Shown here in pieces: positions 39,728-46,918 of a DNA stretch of 64,000 nt. The translations under genes and the position numbers were made by a program. The notes beneath the pieces are model-generated. The model saw only the letters and a program-made list of their open reading frames with translations, was not told where the DNA came from and searched no databases. Source of the stretch: Candidatus Dormibacteria bacterium (lineage in GTDB: Bacteria > Chloroflexota > Dormibacteria > Aeolococcales > Aeolococcaceae). The stretch's first letter is position 1. Each line of letters begins with the position of its first letter. The DNA lies in the NCBI GenBank assembly GCA_051002895.1, contig JBPCLW010000042.1, positions 54,293 to 118,292 of the forward strand, in the 5' to 3' direction.

Positions 39728-40402
39728 CTATCTCCCTCTGCGCACGATGCGCGACTGACGTTGTTGTTGCGGTCTGCGCGGATGCAACTTGCCCGCTCGC
39801 ATCCCGCTCTCGATGGTCATTCTGATCTCGGCGTCCTCAAGTCCGATCTGCTCGGCCGTCGCAGTCAACGCAGTTCGGACGCCCTCGTACGTCAATAGAC
39901 CGCCCGCGACGATCTCGCCAAGTGCCAGTGCCGCGTTATTGAGCATCGAGTTGCGCTCGCCCTCACGCGCCGTAGCGAGCTTCTTCAACTCAGACATCAT
40001 CGCGGCATTCGCCCAGCGTCGATCCCTTCTGTCGGCCTCGGCTAGCGGGCCGAGTTTCGCTCGTCGTGATTCGACATCGTGAAGCCCTGACGACCCGCTG
40101 ATGGACCCGAGGACTATTCGGAGCAGCCGGTTCAGTTCCGGGAAACGATGATGTTGCTGTGGCTTCCGGGTGAAGTCGCTCACAGTCGTCTGAATCAACA
40201 CCCCAACCGGTGTATCGACCCAGCTACGGTCGTGAGGCAACTCTGGAGTGTCGGCAATCACATCGCCAGTCGTGATGTCGATTGCGAAGGCGTGAACCTC
40301 GACGCTCGCGCTTCGCGCATCGGGATCGGCCGCTAGTGTCTGCGCAAGGCGTTCGTTAGCCTCATTTGTGCGGCGTCTGCGAGCGAGTTCGTCGCTTCTC
40401 AT
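39728..40402 (-). CDS. Hypothetical replication-associated protein with primase-C-terminal-like helical module
   Basis: The C-terminus GERNSMLNNAALALGEIVAGGLLTYEGVRTALTATAEQIGLEDAEIRMTIESGMRAG resembles the helical module I recall on actinobacterial plasmid/phage primase-polymerase proteins. No catalytic prim-pol domain is visible. Confidence 0.45.
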   Translation of the reverse strand: MRSDELARRRRTNEANERLAQTLAADPDARSASVEVHAFAIDITTGDVIADTPELPHDRSWVDTPVGVLIQTTVSDFTRKPQQHHRFPELNRLLRIVLGSISGSSGLHDVESRRAKLGPLAEADRRDRRWANAAMMSELKKLATAREGERNSMLNNAALALGEIVAGGLLTYEGVRTALTATAEQIGLEDAEIRMTIESGMRAGKLHPRRPQQQRQSRIVRRGR

Positions 40403-40653
40403 CGTTGTTTCTCTGAATCACGACGTGGTGTGTCACCGCGGACCTCGGCGGCGCGTCTCCACGCCGAAGGAACGACGACGTGAAACATCTTCTCGGTGTG
40501 TGCCTCGCCCGTTGTGCGATCGACCTCCGTCACCTCGACCATCTGCTGGTCGAGCGCCAGGAGTCGTGTTGGCACAAATATGCGATCGCCGATACCCGCG
40601 TCATACGCGGGTGGATCGTTGCCTTCGTCCGGCCAATCTTTTCGCTGCGTCAT
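40399..40653 (-). CDS. Hypothetical protein (84 aa)
   Basis: ORF translationally coupled on both sides (4-nt overlaps). No family recognised. Confidence 0.45.
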   Translation of the reverse strand: MTQRKDWPDEGNDPPAYDAGIGDRIFVPTRLLALDQQMVEVTEVDRTTGEAHTEKMFHVVVPSAWRRAAEVRGDTPRRDSEKQR

Positions 40654-40847
40654 GTGACCTCCTGCTGTTGGTCGAGTTCTGCTGCTATCGCGTGCCGGAC
40701 CGCGTCCGGCTGTAGACGGACTAGTTGAGCGACAACACGCGCCAGGGCTTCGAGCTCGGCGCGCGTCGCGGCAGTCTCGGCAGCGAGCGCTGCGTGTTCG
40801 CGTGCATGGGCGACCAACGCTTCGGCAGTGTCCAGGTCAACCGTCAT
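40650..40847 (-). CDS. Hypothetical helical protein (65 aa)
   Basis: Ala/Glu/Leu-rich helical ORF, first gene after the iteron region, coupled to the next ORF. Confidence 0.45.
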   Translation of the reverse strand: MTVDLDTAEALVAHAREHAALAAETAATRAELEALARVVAQLVRLQPDAVRHAIAAELDQQQEVT

Positions 40848-40950
40848 CGGAAACCCACCCTTTGCGATTGGTGCGATCGCCTGTGGGGAGCCCTAGCGTT
40901 AGTCGCGGTTGACGATGCTGCTCCCCAAGCCGCGGGACGCGACCAGAACT

Positions 40951-40975
40951 GCAACCCCCTTTCAGTAGGGGTTGC
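40951..40975. other. Hairpin adjacent to the iteron array
   Basis: GCAACCCC-ctttcagta-GGGGTTGC, an 8-bp perfect stem. Confidence 0.5.
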
Positions 40976-40978
40976 ATT

Positions 40979-41117
40979 GGTTCCCGCTACCCCGGTTCCG
41001 AGTGGTTCCGCGATCGGTTCCGTACTTGAAATCGATAACGGTTCCCAGCCGTTCCTGGTTCCCGAGGAACCCCCAAGAGACGGGAGCGGTTCCGTATTCA
41101 GAATCGGTCTTGGTTCC
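40979..41117. repeat. Iteron-like array: 8 direct GGTTCC copies plus 1 inverted (GGAACC) in 139 bp, a candidate replication origin
   Basis: GGTTCC at 40979, 40994, 41004, 41016, 41040, 41057, 41088 and 41112. GGAACC at 41066 and a near-copy CGTTCC at 41050. The array ends 4 nt before the AAA ATPase stop codon (41122..41124), in a non-coding gap. Confidence 0.6.
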
Positions 41118-41121
41118 CGGC

Positions 41122-42102
41122 TCATTCGCGGGTCTTCCGATAGCGCAACGCGTCTAGGACGATCTGCTTGCGACGTCCCAGATCGTGACGGCGAAGCTCG
41201 GTCAATGCGGTCGTTCCGGTGGCGTCCAAGGGAACCCCGAGATCGTCGAGCGCCTTCACGCAATCGTGAGTCCCGGCTACGTATTGGTGTGGCGTCAGCA
41301 CGTGACGCAGCTCCGACTCTTCCTCGCGACGGAGCACAACCTTTGCCGGCACCCAATTCAATCGCGAGTGCGTGCGTGTCAGCGTGACCTCTGTACGGTC
41401 CTTCGACGTCTCCAAGCGCCACACCAGATCGACGTCATCCACCTTCGCGGACGAGCCGCGCTGACCCTTACTCGCATCCTTGCCAGCGTGATCCAGCCGC
41501 CAAAGGGCCACGCCCTCGGCTTTCAGACGCCATCCCGTGTGCTTGTAGAACGAGCGATACGTGTCGGCGACGTTCTCGTCACCCTCAACGACGCGTGCCA
41601 TCGTGTCGAGTACCACGAGTGACGCAGCGTGCCTTTGGACGAGTTCCAGCAGTTGCTTGCCGCCCGCATCGGTGTCGAGCGGCTTCAGCGACGTGAGCTG
41701 GTAGTAGTGGAGGCGGCTGAGGTCACTGTCTGGGCCGTAGCCGAGGTCAGTCAGCCGCTCGCGCAGATCGTCAGCGGTCATTTCGCGGTCGATGTACACG
41801 ACGTCGATCTGTTCCTGTGACTCAGTCGCTCCGAGGTAGGGCCGACCGTTCGCGCGCGCAGCAACGACGTCGAGGACGAGCAGCGACTTGCCTTCCTTCG
41901 GCTCCGAGTACATAGCGACCTGGCGGTGCTCGGGGACGATCTGGTCGATGACGTACTCGCCGGACTGAGTTTCCTCTTTCCAGAACTCGGGCCAATCGAT
42001 CGGTGTGGGCTCCCCCGTCTCGGACGAGACATCGGCACGAGCTCGTGGTTCGCTGACGGAAGGCGAGGGTTGCGCGGGCGTGCTTCTGATGCGCCCCATC
42101 AC
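41122..42102 (-). CDS. RepA-like RecA-fold ATPase (AAA_25-like) with C-terminal winged-helix-like tail
   Basis: MYSEPKEGKSLLVLD (deviant Walker A), LVVLDTMARV (Walker B), LWRLDHAGKD...GSSAK..DVDLVWRL, a typical AAA_25/RepA pattern. Confidence 0.65.
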   Translation of the reverse strand: MMGRIRSTPAQPSPSVSEPRARADVSSETGEPTPIDWPEFWKEETQSGEYVIDQIVPEHRQVAMYSEPKEGKSLLVLDVVAARANGRPYLGATESQEQIDVVYIDREMTADDLRERLTDLGYGPDSDLSRLHYYQLTSLKPLDTDAGGKQLLELVQRHAASLVVLDTMARVVEGDENVADTYRSFYKHTGWRLKAEGVALWRLDHAGKDASKGQRGSSAKVDDVDLVWRLETSKDRTEVTLTRTHSRLNWVPAKVVLRREEESELRHVLTPHQYVAGTHDCVKALDDLGVPLDATGTTALTELRRHDLGRRKQIVLDALRYRKTRE

Positions 42103-42156
42103 CGATCACCGGCTGAGGTCAGGACGATTTCGCTAAACTTCTCGTGCCGCGAATGA

Positions 42157-42178
42157 CCCGGGTGTCTCCGCACCCGGG
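42157..42178. terminator. Hairpin between the regulatory ORFs and the ATPase gene
   Basis: CCCGGGTG-tctccg-CACCCGGG, an 8-bp stem 4 nt downstream of the 59-aa ORF stop on the minus strand. No U-tract. Confidence 0.3.
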
Positions 42179-42181
42179 CCT

Positions 42182-42361
42182 TCACGCTACCTTCCTCCGT
42201 CGATGAGACGTAGGCGGCTCACCTACGGATCGAATTCGCTCGGCCAGTTGGTGTAGTGCAGCGGGAGCTTGGATCGTCAGAGGCAGCCCCTGCGAATCGC
42301 GCTCGGCTGCAACCATGCGACGGAGTTCGTCCGTATCGGGCACGCGGGCCGCGACGCTCAT
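42182..42361 (-). CDS. Hypothetical small protein (59 aa)
   Basis: ATG 42361 overlaps the XRE gene stop (ATGA). No family recognised. Candidate accessory regulator or directionality factor. Confidence 0.4.
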   Translation of the reverse strand: MSVAARVPDTDELRRMVAAERDSQGLPLTIQAPAALHQLAERIRSVGEPPTSHRRRKVA

Positions 42362-42576
42362 GAAGCCACCCCGGACGGCTCGCACAGAAGGTCAGCAACC
42401 TTGCAACCGATGCAGCGCGCCATGAGCACGATGGACGGACGGCTCGGCGTGCCGCGTCCTGTCTCCCAGCGATACACCGCCTGCACGCTGCGGTTGCACG
42501 CGACCGCTAGATGTTCACGCGCTAGATTTGCGGCCTCGCGGCGAGCGCGAAGTCTGGATGGCGAAAAATCGGACAC
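42358..42576 (-). CDS. XRE-family helix-turn-helix transcriptional regulator
   Basis: LRARREAANLAREHLAVACNRSVQAVYRWETGRGTPS...LMARCIGCKVADLL is an HTH_3 pattern. GTG start with GAGG 7 nt upstream. Confidence 0.7.
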   Translation of the reverse strand: MSDFSPSRLRARREAANLAREHLAVACNRSVQAVYRWETGRGTPSRPSIVLMARCIGCKVADLLCEPSGVAS

Positions 42577-42579
42577 GGC

Positions 42580-42597
42580 GACACCTCGCTAGGTGTC
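42580..42597. promoter_or_regulatory. Perfect palindrome over the XRE gene RBS (candidate operator or SD-sequestering hairpin)
   Basis: GACACCT-cgct-AGGTGTC. On the minus strand the AGGTGTC half contains the GAGG Shine-Dalgarno. Confidence 0.4.
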
Positions 42598-42700
42598 TGC
42601 CTGTCACGGATCTCGACTTCAGGATCGTCTAAGTCTCAGCGAGATGCTGGAGCGAGCGGCGATCTGGACTGTGCAGACGTTGATCGAATTAGCTACGTGC

Positions 42701-42730
42701 AGCATAGCGCGATCCGAGTCGGCTCGTCAA
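42701..42730 (-). promoter_or_regulatory. Candidate sigma-70-type promoter for the xre-rep-capsid gene string
   Basis: Minus strand TTGACG (42730..42725), an 18-nt spacer, then TATGCT (42706..42701), in the relatively AT-rich int-xre spacer. Confidence 0.35.
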
Positions 42731-42782
42731 ACGCGCCTGCCTTACTGCGGACTTTCCGTTCAAGGCCGCGCTAGCTCAGAAA

Positions 42783-44282
42783 CTAGACGCGCCACATGAC
42801 GCGCACGCGCGCACGGTCGTATGTGTTGCGCCCTCTCGTGGCCGGTGCGACACGCACCTCTGCGATGAGGTCGCGGATGGTGGCGCGCCGTTGTGGGTCG
42901 TCGAACTTGTCCCATGCCGACCGCAAGGGACGGGGGGTGCAGTGCAACGACTCGCGACCGCGGAGTTCGTCGTAGTGCCGCTGTGCGCGTCCCAGCCGGT
43001 CGTTGATGCCGACACGCATGGCGGACCATTCAGACCGCGAGAACTCGCCCGCGCCGAACGCGGTGGCCAGCCCGTTGAGTTCCTGCTCCAACGCAGCGAC
43101 AGCATGCAGCGCCTCGCTCTGAGCCGTGTCGGTATCGGCGTCGAGGATGCGGTCCAGTGCGCCGTCGTCGACGGCGATCAGCACGCGCTCGATGACGTCA
43201 GACTCAAGTTCGTCAGCGCCGACGCGAATGCCGCCGCAACCGTGGAATCCTGGCCCCTTCGCGCAGATGTAGCAGGGACGGGCAGCGCGGACGATGTTGC
43301 CTTCGCTGTCGCGCCAGGCCGCTGCCGGACGTGACACCAACCGAGCGTCGCAGATGCCGCAACGCGCGACGCCGCCGCCGAGAAGGTGTGTCCTACCCGC
43401 TGACCACGCGGCACGTCTCGCGGGGTTGGAGAGCAGCCGACGGAGAGCATCGCTGTCAGCGGGCCTGATGATCGTCGCCCACTCGACGGTCGTCGAGGTG
43501 ATCGGTGCAAGTCGGCTCGATCGGGTGTGAGCCTCGCGACGCCCATGCTCGCGACGCCCGCTGATACGCGCCGACAACAGCAAGTTGCGGAGCACCGTTG
43601 GAGTCCATGGCGCGCCCTTGACGGTGGCGACGCCGCGCTTCTCGAAATCTCGGCACAACGAGCGGATGGCCTCGCCATTGAGCACGCGTCTCGCCGCCTC
43701 GCGCACTACCTCGGCCTCGGCGTCGCGGAGCGTCTTGCGATCGTCGTCATAGCCGTAGGGACGGGTGCCGCCGCCGCTCAATGTGCCTGCCTCCGCGATT
43801 TCTTTCATCTTGCGGCGGACGCGGTCGCTCTTGTGCTCGCTCTCTCCGCGCGCTACCGCACCAACGATCCGGGCGATCATCCTGCCGGTGGACTTGGTGA
43901 GGTCAAGCACCCCAGCGCGAGCCGTCTCAATAGTGACCCCGGCCGCTTCAACGATGGTGATGAATCGTTCCAGCTCAATCGGGGAACGGTGCAGCCGGTC
44001 AGGATGCCAGGCGACCAGTAGACCAACGTCGCCGGCCGTGATGTCCCCGAGCAGCCGTTCGTACTCCGGTCGGGTCTTGCCGCTGAACGCGCTGATGTCG
44101 TTGTCGGAGTACACCCGGATGCGCTCTTGTGGGTAGCCCCGCCGTCCACAAAGAGGGCGGCAATCCTCCTCTTGCCGAGCTACGCCGAGTCCAGCGCCCT
44201 CGCGGTCATCGGAGATCCGGACGTAGATCGCGGCGACGCCGCGCGCCGCCTCCGGCTCGGCTTCGGCGGGTGGGGTCATCAT
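42783..44282 (-). CDS. Large serine recombinase (integrase)
   Basis: AAIYVRISDDREG...ARQEEDC (catalytic Ser region), resolvase domain, recombinase domain and a Cys-rich zinc ribbon (CGICDARL...CYICAKGPGFHGC), then a coiled-coil C-terminus. ATGATG start at 44282..44277. Confidence 0.9.
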   Translation of the reverse strand: MMTPPAEAEPEAARGVAAIYVRISDDREGAGLGVARQEEDCRPLCGRRGYPQERIRVYSDNDISAFSGKTRPEYERLLGDITAGDVGLLVAWHPDRLHRSPIELERFITIVEAAGVTIETARAGVLDLTKSTGRMIARIVGAVARGESEHKSDRVRRKMKEIAEAGTLSGGGTRPYGYDDDRKTLRDAEAEVVREAARRVLNGEAIRSLCRDFEKRGVATVKGAPWTPTVLRNLLLSARISGRREHGRREAHTRSSRLAPITSTTVEWATIIRPADSDALRRLLSNPARRAAWSAGRTHLLGGGVARCGICDARLVSRPAAAWRDSEGNIVRAARPCYICAKGPGFHGCGGIRVGADELESDVIERVLIAVDDGALDRILDADTDTAQSEALHAVAALEQELNGLATAFGAGEFSRSEWSAMRVGINDRLGRAQRHYDELRGRESLHCTPRPLRSAWDKFDDPQRRATIRDLIAEVRVAPATRGRNTYDRARVRVMWRV

Positions 44283-44303
44283 GCGTCAAAGCGTAACACT
44301 CGG
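44281..44303. repeat. Right terminal inverted repeat / att arm of the element
   Basis: ATGCGTCAAAGCGTAACAC (44281..44299) is an inverted copy of 36291..36307. It contains the comM 5'-fragment stop codon (44286..44288) and part of the integrase start. Confidence 0.6.
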
Positions 44304-45185
44304 ATGGGCCAGGGAGATCTCGCCGGGCTGAGCCAGGCCACTGCCACCGCCGACCAACCCGGCGCGGGAAACCGAGTGATGGGGAGCCCGGAACGGTGGC
44401 CTCAAGCTCGTGGCCGAGCGGTCGGCCAGGCGTCCCTTCAGGGAGTACAGGGCGGCGACCTCAAGGGCGTCCTCGGGCTCGAGATCCGGAAGGAGCGAGG
44501 CAAAGGCCCGAGCCAGCATCGTCTTGCCTGCGCCCGGTGGCCCGAGTAGGAGGACATTGTGTCCACCTGCGGCGGCGATCTCAAGCGCGCGTTTCGCCGT
44601 TGCCTGACCGCGGATCTCGGCAATGTCGGGCTCGGGCGCGCCCGTGGTGGCCTTCATCGGCGTCGCCATCGGGAGTTCGACGCGTCCCTCGAGATGCGCG
44701 ACGGCGCCGGTGAGATGCTCGACACCAACTACATGGAGCCTGTCGACCAGCGCGGCCTCGGCCCCGTTCTCAGCGGCGACAAGGAGCTGCCGCACCCCAT
44801 GAGCCGCCAGACAACGTGCCATCGCCAGGACACCGGCAACGGGCCGCACCCTGCCATCGAGGGCCAGTTCGCCGATACAGGCAATGCCGTCCAGCCGGAG
44901 CTGTTCGCGTTCTGTGCACAGAATTGCCAAGGCCATGCTGAGATCGAATCCAGAGCCTTCCTTGGGCAATTCCGCCGGCGCCAGATTGACGGTCACCCGC
45001 TGCGCGGGGAGCCCGAACCCAGCGTTGCGCAGAGCTGCCCGCACCCGCTCCCGGGCCTCAAAGATGGCGCGATCAGCGAGGCCCACCACGGTAAAGCTGG
45101 GGAGCCCGTTGGCGACGTCAGCCTCCACCAGCACGGGGACACCGCTGATGCCGAGCACAGCGCAACTCATAGCAGTCGCAGTCAT
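44286..45185 (-). pseudogene. comM: comM/yifB 5' fragment (N-terminal ~294 aa) plus 5 element-derived codons
   Basis: VPVLVEADVANGLPSFTVVGLAD..., GFDL.MALAIL, RGQATAKRALEIAAAGGHNVLLLGPPGAGKTMLA, ...PFRAPHHSVSRAGLVGGGS..PGEISLAH|PSVTL*. Confidence 0.88.
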
Positions 45186-45192
45186 ACATCAC

Positions 45193-45198
45193 AGTATA
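45193..45198 (-). promoter_or_regulatory. -10-like hexamer TATACT 7 nt upstream of the comM ATG (possible leaderless transcript)
   Basis: Minus strand ...ATAGGATATACTGTGATGTATG. No Shine-Dalgarno and no convincing -35. Confidence 0.25.
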
Positions 45199-45262
45199 TC
45201 CTATGGTCCGAAGCGGGGCACGGGGCGAAGCCCTGAAGGTCCGGGAAACGCTGCACGCGACC

Positions 45263-45631
45263 TCACCCACCGACAGCGCTCACGATGTGGTCAATCCGCA
45301 ACGGATCCAAATCTGCGTCGAGCAGAACGGCTACGACGTCGATCCGGCAACGCCTCCCCCGCCGTCCGGTCGCAGCCATGTAGGCGTGGAGCAGTGCCCG
45401 CAGCTTCTCCTGCTTGCGCCAGTCCACCGCCTCCTGGGGCGGACCGAAAGCAGCACTGCGACGCGCCTTGACCTCGACGACGACGAGGACGTCGCCATCC
45501 TCGCAGACGATGTCGACCTGACCCAGCCGGCAGCGCCAATCGAGATCGAGGATGCGCAGGCCACGCTCACGGAGATACGCCACCGCGGCGGCCTCACCAG
45601 CGGGACCCGCGCGCTCCCTGCTGGAGCGCAC
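45263..45631 (-). CDS. yraN: YraN family endonuclease (UPF0102)
   Basis: GEAAAVAYLRERGLRILDLDWRCRLGQVDIVCEDGDVLVVVEVKARR...FGPPQEAVDWRKQ...RIDVVAV. Confidence 0.8.
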   Translation of the reverse strand: MRSSRERAGPAGEAAAVAYLRERGLRILDLDWRCRLGQVDIVCEDGDVLVVVEVKARRSAAFGPPQEAVDWRKQEKLRALLHAYMAATGRRGRRCRIDVVAVLLDADLDPLRIDHIVSAVGG

Positions 45632-45668
45632 GCGATCCGCCGGTGCCCCTCGTGCTTCCCCGGAGGGC

Positions 45669-46211
45669 CTAGGCGTGCTCCCCCTCGACGCCCACCGCGG
45701 CCGCTTCAGCCTCCGCGTCGGCGCGCACCGCGGCGGGATCCGCCTCGGTCAACGTCTCCTCCACCGCGTCAGACCGGGCCTCGGCGAGATCCTCGTCGGG
45801 AACCAGCACCTGCTCGTCCGGAGCGGCACCGGAGCGACGCACCATGACATCGCCGCCCACGGGGTTGCGGCGCTCGCGGATGCGGGCCCGCTTGCCGACC
45901 TTGTCACGGAGATAGAAGAGCTTGGCGCGGCGCACGTCACCGTGACGCAACACCTCGATCTTGTCGAGCCGCGGAGAGTGCACGAGGAATGTGCGCTCGA
46001 CACCAACCCCGTGCGAAGCGATGCGACGCACGGTGAAACTGGCGCCAATCCCCGTCTTGCGCTGGAGACCGATGACGATCCCCTCGAAGACCTGAATGCG
46101 CTCCCGGGTTCCCTCGACGACCTTGGCGTGCACCCGCACGGTGTCTCCGGGTCGAAGGACCGGGACCTCCTTCTTCTCCTGCTCACGACGCAGGAGATCA
46201 ATGACATTCAC
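45669..46211 (-). CDS. rplS: 50S ribosomal protein L19 with ~60-aa acidic/Ala-rich C-terminal extension
   Basis: [31 protein letters not shown]...[18 protein letters not shown].... Confidence 0.95.
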   Translation of the reverse strand: MNVIDLLRREQEKKEVPVLRPGDTVRVHAKVVEGTRERIQVFEGIVIGLQRKTGIGASFTVRRIASHGVGVERTFLVHSPRLDKIEVLRHGDVRRAKLFYLRDKVGKRARIRERRNPVGGDVMVRRSGAAPDEQVLVPDEDLAEARSDAVEETLTEADPAAVRADAEAEAAAVGVEGEHA

Positions 46212-46918
46212 GACCTACCTCCAGAAGTTGCCGCGGACCGTAGCAGATCGGGCCGGTGACGACGGGTTGAATCCTCTCGCTGCTGCTGCTTCCACGCGGA
46301 GATCGCGGCGTGATTGCCGCTGCGCAGAACCTCGGGTACCTGCCTCCCCTCGAACTCGGCGGGGCGGGTGTAGAGCGGTGCTTCGAAACCGCCACCCGTT
46401 GTCTCTGAAAACGTTTCATCGCCAAGCGACTCCGGTGCACCGACGACGCCGGGTATGAGCCGGGCGACGGCCTCGATAACCGCCATCGCCGCCACCTCGC
46501 CGCCACTGAGAACGTAGTTCCCCACGGAGAGTTCCTCACCGATCTCCTCACGCGCCCGGGCATCGACGCCCTGGTAGCGCCCACAGACCAACAGCAACGC
46601 TCTGCTCGCGGCCAACTCCTGAGCGACATCCTGAGTGAGGATGCGACCCTGCGGGGAAAGCAGGATCGAACGTATACCGGGGACTGCGACACGTACGGCG
46701 CGCACCGCCCGGATGATCGGCTCCGGCTTCAGCACCATCCCGGGCCCTCCGCCGAAGGCAATGTCATCGACTTGGCGATGGCGATTGTCGGTGTGCGCGC
46801 GGAGGTCGTGGACGTGCAGTTCGATGTCGCCACGCTCCCGGGCACGCCCCACAACCCCGATACCCAACGGACCGGGAAAGATCTCGGGGAAGATGGTGAG
46901 AACGTCAAAGCGCGTCAC
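46208..46918 (-). CDS. trmD: tRNA (guanine37-N1)-methyltransferase
   Basis: [18 protein letters not shown]..., [24 protein letters not shown]. Confidence 0.95.
   Translation of the reverse strand: MTRFDVLTIFPEIFPGPLGIGVVGRARERGDIELHVHDLRAHTDNRHRQVDDIAFGGGPGMVLKPEPIIRAVRAVRVAVPGIRSILLSPQGRILTQDVAQELAASRALLLVCGRYQGVDARAREEIGEELSVGNYVLSGGEVAAMAVIEAVARLIPGVVGAPESLGDETFSETTGGGFEAPLYTRPAEFEGRQVPEVLRSGNHAAISAWKQQQREDSTRRHRPDLLRSAATSGGRS

Larger units (their letters stand above)
36283..44306. mobile_element. ~8.0-kb serine-recombinase integrative element (candidate phage satellite or minimal prophage remnant) inserted in comM
   Basis: It is bounded by the two halves of comM and ends in imperfect inverted repeats. 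It encodes a serine integrase, an XRE regulator, a RepA-like ATPase with iterons, scaffold-like protein, HK97 capsid, terS (frameshifted) and Mrr. All genes are co-oriented. Confidence 0.8.

Noticed and set aside
42593-42799. 68-aa plus-strand ORF in the int-xre spacer (possible divergent repressor)
   Set aside because: It has no RBS and no HTH pattern, overlaps the integrase 3' end, and its region is better explained as a promoter/leader.
36283-44306. Complete temperate prophage
   Set aside because: It is only ~8 kb, and no portal, terL, protease, tail or lysis genes were found in any frame.
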